Shown here one piece after another: positions 16,105 through 24,382 of a stretch of 64,000 nt of DNA. Source of the DNA: a virus. Lineage: Duplodnaviria > Caudoviricetes. A model generated the notes under the pieces. It saw only the letters and a program-made list of their open reading frames with translations, searched no databases and was not told where the DNA came from. Location of the stretch: positions 32,001-96,000 of IMG/VR virus record IMGVR_UViG_3300034161_000018, one strand, 5' to 3'. Each line of letters begins with the position of its first letter. The first letter of the stretch is position 1. The position numbers and the translations under genes are program-made.

Positions 16105-17589
16105 TTAGTTGCGCGCTGCGGTCACTGCCGCCGAAACGGCTTCGGTGCAGATTGCAGATTTCTTGGCGAGGTCAATCAGGCGCTCGCGAATCTTTTTGTC
16201 GGTGAAACCTTTGTGGGCAATATCAACCGCCACACAAATGCGTTCCAGTTCTTCGCGGGTCGTGTGCGACAAACTATCGCGCAGCGAAATGATTTCGTTG
16301 GATTCTTTCGGTTCGGCGAAGTCGTCATCTTCTTCGTCGTCTTCGTCTTCGTCCTCGAAATCTTCTTCGTCTTCTTCTTCGTCGTCCACCAGATCAAAAG
16401 TTTCGTTGAACCGTTCCTGTGCCGCGTGCAAATCAGCCTCGGAACTGGCAATTAAAACAGTGACCATCACGGTTTCGTTGTCGTGAACAGTTTTCGCGTC
16501 CAGAACAACAACCGAAGGGTCAGCGGTGAACGCTTTGTGCATTGCGAGCTTCGCGACTTCGTGGATGCTCTCAACTTTTTCGTTGCTCAGCAGAATGCGC
16601 GCCGGGGTTTCTTCTTCTTCTTCGTCGTCGATTTCTTCCGCTTCAAATTCGTCATCGTCCGAATCATCTTCGTCTTCGTCGTCTTCCATTTCGACTGTTG
16701 GGTCGAAGCCGAAGTCTTCCCACTCGCAAACATTTGCAACGAACGGTTCAAACTCCAGCAAAATATCTGAACCTTCGGTCAGGCGGCTTTCGTCCGCCAA
16801 ATCCGTAATCGCATCTTTCAGTTCACTGAGAATCTGGAAAGGCGATTCAAAGTAAGCTGGTTTGAAACGCTCGCTCGGAATGGCCGGAATGTTTTCGACC
16901 GATTCTTTGAAGTTGTTGCGTTCTTCTTTGCGGCGGTAATCGGCGAAGTCGATCAACTGATAACCGAGTTCGACGATTGAGTCGCGGTCGAAACCGAGTT
17001 TGTTTGGCAGAGTTGCCGGAATGAACGTGGCGCGTTCTTCTTCGGTCGCATCCTGTTTCGGGGTTTTGACTTCCAACCCTTCTACCAGCGACAGCAGCGA
17101 CGAATAGGAAACCAGACGTTTCAAATTGTTTGCAGCAACCGCCAGCGATTCGGTCGGCCAGATACCGATTACTTCACCGCCGAGAGTAACGCGGGTCAAT
17201 TGCAAATCGCCTTCGTAATCTTCCGGCGAGAATTCGTTGCCGTCCACGTCGTCGCGAACCACGATCAAAACATCACCGTCTTCGTCCGGCTCCAGTTCGT
17301 CGCGGCATTCTTCCAGTTCTTCCAACAAACCGGAAACCAGTTCTTCGCCTTCAACCAGCGTCAAACATTTTGCTGGCGAGTAACCGACGAAAAGATTCAC
17401 TTCCAAATCTTTGTTCAACGTCGCCAGCAGGTAATCGTTTTCGCGACCTTCTTTATCGGCGGCGTCCGGATTGATTTCAGGGTAACTACCCACAACTGCG
17501 GCGAACCCATAAAGTGCTTGCGGTTGCACTTCGCCGTTTTCGTCCATTGCGCGAATGATTACACGTTGGCCGTTTTGGTATTGTTGCAT
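16105..17589 (-). CDS. highly acidic protein with a C-terminal small helical (SAP/HeH/Rho-N-like) motif; first gene after promoter cassette 2
   Basis: Two poly-D/E tracts; C-terminal LSHTTREELERICVAVDIAHKGFTDKKIRERLI; AGGAG RBS. Confidence 0.75.
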   Translation of the reverse strand: MQQYQNGQRVIIRAMDENGEVQPQALYGFAAVVGSYPEINPDAADKEGRENDYLLATLNKDLEVNLFVGYSPAKCLTLVEGEELVSGLLEELEECRDELEPDEDGDVLIVVRDDVDGNEFSPEDYEGDLQLTRVTLGGEVIGIWPTESLAVAANNLKRLVSYSSLLSLVEGLEVKTPKQDATEEERATFIPATLPNKLGFDRDSIVELGYQLIDFADYRRKEERNNFKESVENIPAIPSERFKPAYFESPFQILSELKDAITDLADESRLTEGSDILLEFEPFVANVCEWEDFGFDPTVEMEDDEDEDDSDDDEFEAEEIDDEEEEETPARILLSNEKVESIHEVAKLAMHKAFTADPSVVVLDAKTVHDNETVMVTVLIASSEADLHAAQERFNETFDLVDDEEEDEEDFEDEDEDDEEDDDFAEPKESNEIISLRDSLSHTTREELERICVAVDIAHKGFTDKKIRERLIDLAKKSAICTEAVSAAVTAARN

Positions 17590-17641
17590 GGGTGAATCTC
17601 CTGAATTGTTTGTGTGTTGCCTGTGCGGGCAAGGTGCCCTT

Positions 17642-17756
17642 AAACTTCCGCTAACTCGTAAGTGTCAACATGCGGGGTGCGGATTTCCCAGCTAAGACAT
17701 TGTATCATACTGGCCCCGGATTGGAATAGCCTACGCTTACGCGCTAGGGTACGTTC
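17642..17756 (-). promoter_or_regulatory. promoter cassette copy 2: inverted 21-bp sites flanking an extended -10
   Basis: AAACTTCCGCTAACTCGTAAG (+, 17642-17662); GAACGTACCCTAGCGCGTAAG (-, 17736-17756); minus strand ATTCCA-N17-TACAAT with TGn. Confidence 0.8.
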
Positions 17757-17787
17757 CCCCGGCCCGTTTTCCGGAATCCAGAAACGC

Positions 17788-17812
17788 GAAAGGGGAACCG
17801 CAATGGCTCCCC
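17788..17812 (-). terminator. terminator hairpin upstream of cassette 2
   Basis: GGGGA...TCCCC stem followed by TTTC on minus, just after the 17819 stop. Confidence 0.6.
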
Positions 17813-17818
17813 AATCGT

Positions 17819-18436
17819 TTACATATCGTCGTCGTCGAACTCGTCCGAATCGTCGTCTTCATCTTGAACGCGCCGCGCCTTTTTCTGAGGCTGGCCGTTA
17901 ACTGGAACGCAACCGTTTGGAATGGCGCGCAGAATCCACGGTTTGGTTTCGAGCAACGTCCGGCGTTGTGTTTGCAGTCGGTCGCGTGCGTCTTCCAAAT
18001 CGTCCAGCGGGTCATTCACCGCCGAACCCAAAACATTGCGCAGCGATTCGATTGCCGCGTTTACGTGCGCAATGTCGGAGTCGATTTTGTCGAGTTGTGC
18101 TTGTTCCTGAATCGCCAACACTTCCAAAACGTTTTTCGCGAACTGAACTTTCTCGCGCTGGTTTACAGGCAGACGCCAGCCGGGAGGCGCCGCTTGGATT
18201 TTCGTAGTGCGTCCGGGCGATACCTGTTCCACTTTCGGGAACTGATTGGTTTCCACCAGATAGTTGCGAATCAGGCGTTGCACGGCGCGGCCATTCATCG
18301 TGGTGAAAAACAATTGCGCGCCGGTAGGTTCAACCAGTTCGATCACGCTTTGCGCTTGCTGTGCAGAAAGTTCGGGCGCAATTTGGCGCAGCCGTTCTTC
18401 CAACATTTTTACGATTTCAACCCGCTTAACAGTCAT
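17819..18436 (-). CDS. hypothetical coiled-coil protein with an acidic tail
   Basis: 205-aa ORF, ATGA overlap. Confidence 0.8.
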   Translation of the reverse strand: MTVKRVEIVKMLEERLRQIAPELSAQQAQSVIELVEPTGAQLFFTTMNGRAVQRLIRNYLVETNQFPKVEQVSPGRTTKIQAAPPGWRLPVNQREKVQFAKNVLEVLAIQEQAQLDKIDSDIAHVNAAIESLRNVLGSAVNDPLDDLEDARDRLQTQRRTLLETKPWILRAIPNGCVPVNGQPQKKARRVQDEDDDSDEFDDDDM

Positions 18437-19104
18437 GCCATTTCCCTTTCGGTTTTGGTTAGGAACGCGTCAATCTTTTTGCGGATACGCGACGTGCCGA
18501 TCAAGGCTAGGCCGTTCTCCACTCTCTGAATATCTTTTACAGTTTCCAGAATCTCTGCCGCCATTTCCTCACGGCGGATATGCAGCGCCTTGCGACGGAG
18601 CAACAACCGGTTGGCTTCTATTTTGAAAGTGTCGCGGCGCCGTTTCCAAATTGGAGCCATCGCAGGTTTGCGTTCCAAACGTTTTGCTTTGTGTTGTTCG
18701 GCAGCTTGGCGACCGGCTACAACATCGGCCATCAGTTCCGGGTCGTCGTCTTCTAAAGCGATTTGTTCAAGTTCTGCATCCCACGTCGATTCGTAAACAA
18801 ATGGCGTGTCGCCGGGGCTTTCGGAAATGTAGTTCTGCAATGCGTCCAACACTTTCGGCTCAATGTTTGCACTCGGCACGTCATCGAGAATTGGCAGAAT
18901 GGTACGGGCCAGAAACTCGTTGCGTTCATTGATTTGGCGATGCAGGTTCGCCATGTTTGCGGAAACCGAAGGATCGAGTGCAACCGCCACGTTCCACTGA
19001 ATCAGATTTTGCAACGTGGTCATTGGATCAGCCGGATCGAAGTCACAGTGGCTGATAATGCAAAGTTGTTCAACTGCGGTTTGGAAAGTGAATGATTCAC
19101 TCAT
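18433..19104 (-). CDS. hypothetical coiled-coil protein
   Basis: Start reset to MSESFTF, overlapping the upstream stop. Confidence 0.75.
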   Translation of the reverse strand: MSESFTFQTAVEQLCIISHCDFDPADPMTTLQNLIQWNVAVALDPSVSANMANLHRQINERNEFLARTILPILDDVPSANIEPKVLDALQNYISESPGDTPFVYESTWDAELEQIALEDDDPELMADVVAGRQAAEQHKAKRLERKPAMAPIWKRRRDTFKIEANRLLLRRKALHIRREEMAAEILETVKDIQRVENGLALIGTSRIRKKIDAFLTKTEREMA

Positions 19105-19444
19105 TTTCGCTAATGTCCTTTTTCGATTTCTTTGGAACGACAGGGCCGTCAACCAGATAACTGAGTGGGGCTTCGGTTAGAACACGCTCAAGGTTTCGGG
19201 CCAGCCGGGTTTCGCGGGCGGTTTCCAAACGGGCGCGCATTCTGATTTCGGAAAGCTGGGCTTCGCGCAAGTCGAAATATTTCTTGGCGAAGTCGTCGCG
19301 TTCAACTTCCGTTTGTTTGCAGCGTTGCTTCCACATTGCGGCGCGCATAAAGTCACCGATCCACAGAAGCAAAAACAGAATGGCCAGCAGTATCGCTACT
19401 GCCAGCCAGAAGTTTGAAATGAAGTCGTCGAAGTTTAGCGTCAT
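19097..19444 (-). CDS. membrane-anchored coiled-coil protein
   Basis: FWLAVAILLAILFLLLWIG TM followed by a charged helix. Confidence 0.75.
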   Translation of the reverse strand: MTLNFDDFISNFWLAVAILLAILFLLLWIGDFMRAAMWKQRCKQTEVERDDFAKKYFDLREAQLSEIRMRARLETARETRLARNLERVLTEAPLSYLVDGPVVPKKSKKDISENE

Positions 19445-20049
19445 TCTGTTTTCCTCAGATCATGGTAAACACATTTGGAATATTTCTTGGCGAAAGCCAG
19501 AATCTCGCGGCGCTGTTTGAAAGGCAGCGTGTTGAAAAACTCGGGGTTGTTGCAGCAAACAACGTGTTCCGGTTTTACTGTTTGGGCCAGCGCAACAACG
19601 TGTTCACCTTCGTCACCATTCCCGCCATTCAAATAACCTTGCGCAGCGAGGCGGTGCGTTTCGTTTGCCCACAATGCCGCTTCCTTAAACGCGGCCTCCA
19701 CGTCGAGGATGCGGCCAAACTTTTCAATTTTCACCACAATCCAATCGGTCGGGCGTGCGCTGTTTGTTGACGCGTACTGCAAATCGAATCCAGCAGCGTG
19801 CGTAGGGCAATCGGTTGTGCAAACAATTTTGCCGGGAACGAGAGAGTCCAGTTGGTCGCGGTGCATTTTCCGGTAAACAAATTCCGGCATGGGCGACGAT
19901 TGTTTGCCGATCAATTCAGCGGCAGCCAACGCCCCGGACACGCAATAAACCCGGTGGCGTTTGTGGCGATACCGACTGTTGATCCATTCGTCACCGTTTA
20001 CGTGATAGGCCAAATGTTTGATGATTTGGTCGGCGGTGCGTTTGTTCAT
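19441..20049 (-). CDS. hypothetical protein
   Basis: 202-aa ORF, 4-bp overlaps. Confidence 0.8.
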   Translation of the reverse strand: MNKRTADQIIKHLAYHVNGDEWINSRYRHKRHRVYCVSGALAAAELIGKQSSPMPEFVYRKMHRDQLDSLVPGKIVCTTDCPTHAAGFDLQYASTNSARPTDWIVVKIEKFGRILDVEAAFKEAALWANETHRLAAQGYLNGGNGDEGEHVVALAQTVKPEHVVCCNNPEFFNTLPFKQRREILAFAKKYSKCVYHDLRKTE

Positions 20050-20324
20050 CGACGCGTTCTCTTTTCGTCCAAACGTTTGTGCAGAATGCGGATTGCTTCA
20101 CTGCCTTCTTGAACCGTTTTAACCAAGGTCATGATGTGCGCGTGCTGTTCCATATTGTTCAGCAGCAAATCAGCGTTGCCCTTTTCCAAAACCTTGATGT
20201 GCTGGTTCCGAATTTCAGACATTTTCTTGTGGTGGTTTTTCCGAAGCCACAAAGTCAGCACCAGACAGCCAACGGTGAGACATGCCATAACGACTTGAGC
20301 CAATGCCGAGTATTTTCCAAACAT
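20046..20324 (-). CDS. membrane-anchored coiled-coil protein
   Basis: ALAQVVMACLTVGCLVLTLWL TM; GGAGG RBS. Confidence 0.75.
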   Translation of the reverse strand: MFGKYSALAQVVMACLTVGCLVLTLWLRKNHHKKMSEIRNQHIKVLEKGNADLLLNNMEQHAHIMTLVKTVQEGSEAIRILHKRLDEKRTRR

Positions 20325-20325
20325 T

Positions 20326-20769
20326 TCAAACCTCCTTGATTGCGCGTCGGGCGTGGTCAGTGAACTGTTTGTTCAACCATTCCAGATTACAGTCGCGCAT
20401 GAAATAAACGATGTTGCCGTTTTCGGTAACGCCTTGCTCAACATCTGCCGGGTCGATGTGTTCAGCCATTCCATCGCGGAACGCTGTGATTTCGTCGGCG
20501 CGGCGATCCAACACAAACTGGTATTCTTCCAAACTTTTTTGGTCGCGACTTTGGTTGAACATCACAACCATCGTCAGGTCGTTGCTGGTTTCGTTTTCGT
20601 CACGGAGGCGCCAAACAAAGCGGCGCATCTTGCCGGGGGCCATGCTGGATTCCGCCATTTCGACAACGCCTTTAAAGCAGACGCCGTGATACTGCGGATT
20701 GTGGCCGAGCACTTTCAGAAAATCTTCTTTGGACATTGAAGCATCGACCAGCGCAGCGCAGAAAATCAT
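20326..20769 (-). CDS. hypothetical protein
   Basis: 147-aa ORF. Confidence 0.8.
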   Translation of the reverse strand: MIFCAALVDASMSKEDFLKVLGHNPQYHGVCFKGVVEMAESSMAPGKMRRFVWRLRDENETSNDLTMVVMFNQSRDQKSLEEYQFVLDRRADEITAFRDGMAEHIDPADVEQGVTENGNIVYFMRDCNLEWLNKQFTDHARRAIKEV

Positions 20770-20993
20770 TTTGGTTCGTCCTTCGGGAAAACCCGTTCTT
20801 TGGTCACAGCGTTGTAGACGTGAAAGCCGACTGGATTAATCTCGCCCATTTCAGCAGCGCACGTTTTCGCATTTTGTTCGTCTTGAAATTCCGCGCCAAT
20901 CTTTTCGCGGTTGATGTAACCGGTGCGATTCAGGGTCGGGCCGAAATACGGTTTGCCGGTGTAGGCACGGCTGGCCTTGATAACGTGAAACAT
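20766..20993 (-). CDS. hypothetical protein
   Basis: 75-aa ORF, tight packing. Confidence 0.75.
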   Translation of the reverse strand: MFHVIKASRAYTGKPYFGPTLNRTGYINREKIGAEFQDEQNAKTCAAEMGEINPVGFHVYNAVTKERVFPKDEPK

Positions 20994-20994
20994 T

Positions 20995-21279
20995 TTATTC
21001 GTCCTTTAATTGGCTGTTCGTAAAACCGAGGATTGGGATTTTCATGTACGTGCTGCAAACTAAATAGGTGTCCCAACCAATGCGCGCATCCGGGCCGTAG
21101 GCTTCGACACGAACTGTTTGCAGCGTCAGTTCCCGGTCGAGTTCTTCTTGCGTGAACGGGAAACCAGATTCCAGCGCCAGCTTTTTCGCGTGGGCGATCA
21201 CTGCGCTTTTCGTTGGTTCCAGTTCGACAACCGTTTCCATTGAAGCGGCAAGCGAGCCGCGATGTTCGCGAAATTTCAT
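20995..21279 (-). CDS. hypothetical protein
   Basis: 94-aa ORF, GAGGA RBS. Confidence 0.75.
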   Translation of the reverse strand: MKFREHRGSLAASMETVVELEPTKSAVIAHAKKLALESGFPFTQEELDRELTLQTVRVEAYGPDARIGWDTYLVCSTYMKIPILGFTNSQLKDE

Positions 21280-21288
21280 TTTGAATCC

Positions 21289-21597
21289 TCAGTGCAGAAC
21301 AGGAATGACGGATTCGATTTCGCCACCAAACAAACCGAAAGTGCTGGAGCGCAATTCATCGTCCGGCCACGGCTTCATCCGGTTTTCATCTTTCCAGATT
21401 GTGTCGGCGTCCATTTGCACGACGATGGTGTCAGGGCAGCGGCACTGATTATCGCGAATTCCCAAAACGGTGCCAGTGCCGGTCGTGCCGTGGCGGGTCT
21501 TCACTTTCACGCGGTCGCCCTTCTTGATGATTAAGCGGCCCGAATCAGACTCGAAAGAATCCAGCAGACCAGAAGTGTTTACAGTTACGTCATTCAT
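21289..21597 (-). CDS. hypothetical protein, possible SH3/KOW-like barrel
   Basis: IKKGDRVKVKTRHGTTGTGTVLGI resembles KOW/SH3-type starts. Confidence 0.7.
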   Translation of the reverse strand: MNDVTVNTSGLLDSFESDSGRLIIKKGDRVKVKTRHGTTGTGTVLGIRDNQCRCPDTIVVQMDADTIWKDENRMKPWPDDELRSSTFGLFGGEIESVIPVLH

Positions 21598-22199
21598 TTT
21601 ACAGCCTCCGAAATGTTGAGAGAGTTGACTGCGGCAATCATTTTGTCGAGTCGGGCTTTGAAACTCTTAAACGATTTGAATTCGATTCCCCACGCTTCAC
21701 ACTCACCCAACACGTCCCACTGGCTTGTTGTGAGTTTGGTTTGGTTGTGGGCCTTCATCCCCTCAGTGGTCGCGTTAATTGAGTAGGCCAAATAATCTTC
21801 GTCTTTGCATTTCGAGTTTCCCATCGGGACTTCGATGTTGACTTCGATAACCGCGCCGGATTTACCAATTGGCAGCGAAAACCTTTGTTCGCCGAAAAAC
21901 TCGGAATGGTTCCAAACAGTTGGAACTTCAAACTGCGGGTCTTTGTGTGCGTAATGTTTGCGGTCGAGTTTGAATCCGGCGTCAACCAAAGCGGCTGTCG
22001 ATTTGGTGAAAGCAGGCAGCAACTTTTCCAACGGGGCGCGGCGTTGTGCGATAAAAGTTTCCGGCGCTATCTTGTGGGTCTGTCCATAGCTCAGAACTAA
22101 AGCACGTTCGCGCAGCGGGCGCAGTTGGGCTTCCAGTCGGGCGATTTTCTTTTTCAGTTCTGCGGCTTCGTCGGCGTGTGCTTTAGTGAAACGTGCCAT
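21594..22199 (-). CDS. hypothetical protein
   Basis: 201-aa ORF, AAGGA RBS. Confidence 0.8.
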   Translation of the reverse strand: MARFTKAHADEAAELKKKIARLEAQLRPLRERALVLSYGQTHKIAPETFIAQRRAPLEKLLPAFTKSTAALVDAGFKLDRKHYAHKDPQFEVPTVWNHSEFFGEQRFSLPIGKSGAVIEVNIEVPMGNSKCKDEDYLAYSINATTEGMKAHNQTKLTTSQWDVLGECEAWGIEFKSFKSFKARLDKMIAAVNSLNISEAVK

Positions 22200-22226
22200 G
22201 ATTCGATTCCTTGAAATGTTTGCAGG

Positions 22227-22508
22227 TTAAACGGTGAAGTGGAATTCTTCGACCGGCATTGCGACGGCGCGGCTTTCTGCGCGGTTCCAGTCGCACGCGT
22301 AGAAACGTTCGCGAACCAGCATGTCGTTTTTGTCGCGGCATTCCAGAATCACAACACACGACGATTCATACGTGCAAAGCTTGTTGGCCTGTTCGACCAT
22401 AAACTTTTCGGTCGTGTTGAAATGTTGGAACAGGCGAGTACGCATTTCGTCGCGGATTTCAAAACCCACAACCTTGTTGCCTTTCGGTGAAATTTTAATC
22501 TTGGCCAT
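22227..22508 (-). CDS. hypothetical protein
   Basis: Start reset to MAKIKIS with AAGGGGA RBS. Confidence 0.75.
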   Translation of the reverse strand: MAKIKISPKGNKVVGFEIRDEMRTRLFQHFNTTEKFMVEQANKLCTYESSCVVILECRDKNDMLVRERFYACDWNRAESRAVAMPVEEFHFTV

Positions 22509-22518
22509 GTCTATCCCC

Positions 22519-22719
22519 TTACCATTCTGCGTATGCTTGTTTGCCCAATGCAACAACTTGAGCGACCGAAAGTTTGTCGAGCGGTTCATCGGTCAGGTCT
22601 TCTAACCGGGCTTTCGTATCGCGGAAGTGGAAAGCGTAGCTGCCACCGGCGCCCAACCGAAACTCAATTCCGGTTCCAATCAATTCGCGATTCACCGCGT
22701 CAGTGTTTACGTGTGCCAC
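22519..22719 (-). CDS. hypothetical protein
   Basis: GTG start with AGAGGA RBS. Confidence 0.65.
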   Translation of the reverse strand: MAHVNTDAVNRELIGTGIEFRLGAGGSYAFHFRDTKARLEDLTDEPLDKLSVAQVVALGKQAYAEW

Positions 22720-22747
22720 GATTCTGTCCTCTGAAAATGTTTGCAGT

Positions 22748-22894
22748 TTAGATCGAGCTACGGAAACGGCGCTGTGCATTACGAACCTGTTGTTCGCGGG
22801 CCTGTTCGGCTTCGATCAGTGCGCTATTCCACTGCCAAGTTTTGCGGGCAGTGCGGGAGGTTTTGTTTTCGGCGGTCTGAGTGTTTGTACGCAT
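22748..22894 (-). CDS. small hypothetical protein (48 aa, MRTNTQTAENKTSRTARKTWQW...), first gene after cassette 3, missed by the ORF track
   Basis: Translated by hand; GGGGA RBS. Confidence 0.65.
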   Translation of the reverse strand: MRTNTQTAENKTSRTARKTWQWNSALIEAEQAREQQVRNAQRRFRSSI

Positions 22895-22943
22895 GGCAAT
22901 GTGTCCCCAATTATTATGTTTGCAGGAAGGTGGCGGTGTGCCT

Positions 22944-23059
22944 GAACTTCAGTTAAGTCGTAAGTGTTAACTTGCGGGCTGGTGTTTCCCGAGTATTGAC
23001 ATTATCCCATAGCGGGCCGGGATTGGAAATCAGTTACCCTTACGGCCTAGTGTACGTTC
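22944..23059 (-). promoter_or_regulatory. promoter cassette copy 3: inverted 21-bp sites flanking an extended -10
   Basis: GAACTTCAGTTAAGTCGTAAG (+, 22944-22964); GAACGTACACTAGGCCGTAAG (-, 23039-23059); minus strand TTTCCA-N17-GATAAT with TGn. Confidence 0.8.
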
Positions 23060-23087
23060 CCGTCTGGTTTCCGGGGGCCAGAAACGA

Positions 23088-23116
23088 CGAAAGGGCAGCA
23101 CAGGGCCACCCTTTCG
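23088..23116 (-). terminator. terminator hairpin upstream of cassette 3
   Basis: CGAAAGGG...CCCTTTCG stem immediately after the 23119 stop. Confidence 0.65.
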
Positions 23117-23118
23117 GT

Positions 23119-23589
23119 TTACACAACAGCCGCCAGCGGAGTTACGCGCAGTCGGTCGTCCAAACGTTTGAACAGTTGCAGGATGTAGCTGACTTGGAAA
23201 TAAAGTTCTTCCGAGTCTTCGTGAATGCCAAACGTTTGTTGCAGCGCTGCCAGAATACGCCGAGCCAATCCGGTCGAACCGATGCTCAGTTTTTCCAAAA
23301 TCAGCAAACGCGTAAACAAATCAAAAACCACGGATGGTTCTTTGCCGGAGCGCACAGCCAGTTGGGCCAAACCATTCAGCGTCGGTTCGATTGCCAACAA
23401 CCCGATTGGGTTTTTGATTCGGAAACCGATTGGTGCCGAAACGTTTGGATCACCGCTGTGAATCGCTTCGACGTAAAAATGGTCACGCACATGCTCGCCA
23501 ATATCTTCGGCAGTCAGCGGAATGTCAGAGCCGAAAACCGTGACGCCTTTGTAGTGCCAGTCTTCGACGTGTTCTGGAAGTCGTTGCAT
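23119..23589 (-). CDS. hypothetical protein downstream of the endolysin
   Basis: 156-aa ORF. Confidence 0.75.
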   Translation of the reverse strand: MQRLPEHVEDWHYKGVTVFGSDIPLTAEDIGEHVRDHFYVEAIHSGDPNVSAPIGFRIKNPIGLLAIEPTLNGLAQLAVRSGKEPSVVFDLFTRLLILEKLSIGSTGLARRILAALQQTFGIHEDSEELYFQVSYILQLFKRLDDRLRVTPLAAVV

Positions 23590-23592
23590 GTT

Positions 23593-24306
23593 TTACCCTT
23601 TCAGGGATTTCAAAAGCGTAGCCTTCTCGTTGTCGCAACGATCTTCGATGCTTTTCTGAGTAGCGATGCTGCTACTTTTGAAATACGTCGGAACCGTGCG
23701 CTTCTTGAAGTCTTGCACTTTCGTAATGAGTTGTTCGTCAGAATCAGTAGGCAGCGCGGGGCTGTTGATAATGACACCGGTTGCTTTGCCGTATTGCACG
23801 GAAGTGGAATAAACCATTTCACGCACGGCTTGGTGGCGCTTGTCCAGATGATACCCGGCAGCGTCCAGCTTTGCGGCCTGCGGATCATAATGCGATTCGC
23901 GAATGTACTGGGCTTGCGCCGTCGCAAATTCGTCACCACGTTTTGCGGCAACGGATTTGTAAATTGCGTTGAACGCGTCGGTGCCCGGAGTCTTGCCGTT
24001 GAATTCGGTAAACGGTTTCCCGTAAACAGATTTCAGAAACGCGGCCATCGTTCCGGAGTTGGTGCTCAGTTGGTGCTTCCCGTAGGAAACGCCGCCGTTG
24101 TCACCTTTGCCAGTGCTCACAGTTGCAACACCACGCCCACCGGATTCGTAGAGTTCGCTAACCCATCCGGTTACGACTGCTGGAGTATTTGGCATTTCGA
24201 TTTCCTCTGGTTTTACTTCCGGTACTGGAACTGGAACCGGCGCCGGAACTTGTGGTTCGGGTGCCCGCCGAAACAGCGACAGAAACAGGTCGAGTAAAGT
24301 TTTCAT
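23593..24306 (-). CDS. endolysin / muramidase (lysozyme-like, VgrG3-C-terminal-like family)
   Basis: SELYESGGRGVATVSTGKGDNGGVSYGKHQLS catalytic-Glu motif; Pro-rich N-terminal linker; same domain as in 36243-39437. Confidence 0.8.
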   Translation of the reverse strand: MKTLLDLFLSLFRRAPEPQVPAPVPVPVPEVKPEEIEMPNTPAVVTGWVSELYESGGRGVATVSTGKGDNGGVSYGKHQLSTNSGTMAAFLKSVYGKPFTEFNGKTPGTDAFNAIYKSVAAKRGDEFATAQAQYIRESHYDPQAAKLDAAGYHLDKRHQAVREMVYSTSVQYGKATGVIINSPALPTDSDEQLITKVQDFKKRTVPTYFKSSSIATQKSIEDRCDNEKATLLKSLKG

Positions 24307-24382
24307 AGTAGTGGCCTCTTTGTGTCACTAACTATAAATTCTTCAAATCAGAGAAAATCGAATGCTTTTATTTCGGCAATTG

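Noticed and set aside
16300-16700. TCG/TCT trinucleotide runs here and at 49400-49550 and 59240-59450
   Set aside because: They encode poly-Asp/Glu tracts within proteins, not DNA repeat elements.
17642-17756. Cassette as an integron attC site or Xer dif site
   Set aside because: No GTTRRRY/RYYYAAC core pairing or dif consensus, arms too imperfect for an attC hairpin, and no integrase in the window.
11422-23059. Cassettes as a CRISPR array or mini-array
   Set aside because: The repeats are inverted pairs kilobases apart, not direct repeats with unique spacers; no cas genes.
23119-23589. Gene after the endolysin as a holin or spanin
   Set aside because: No clear N-terminal TM or lipobox; only a mildly hydrophobic interior.
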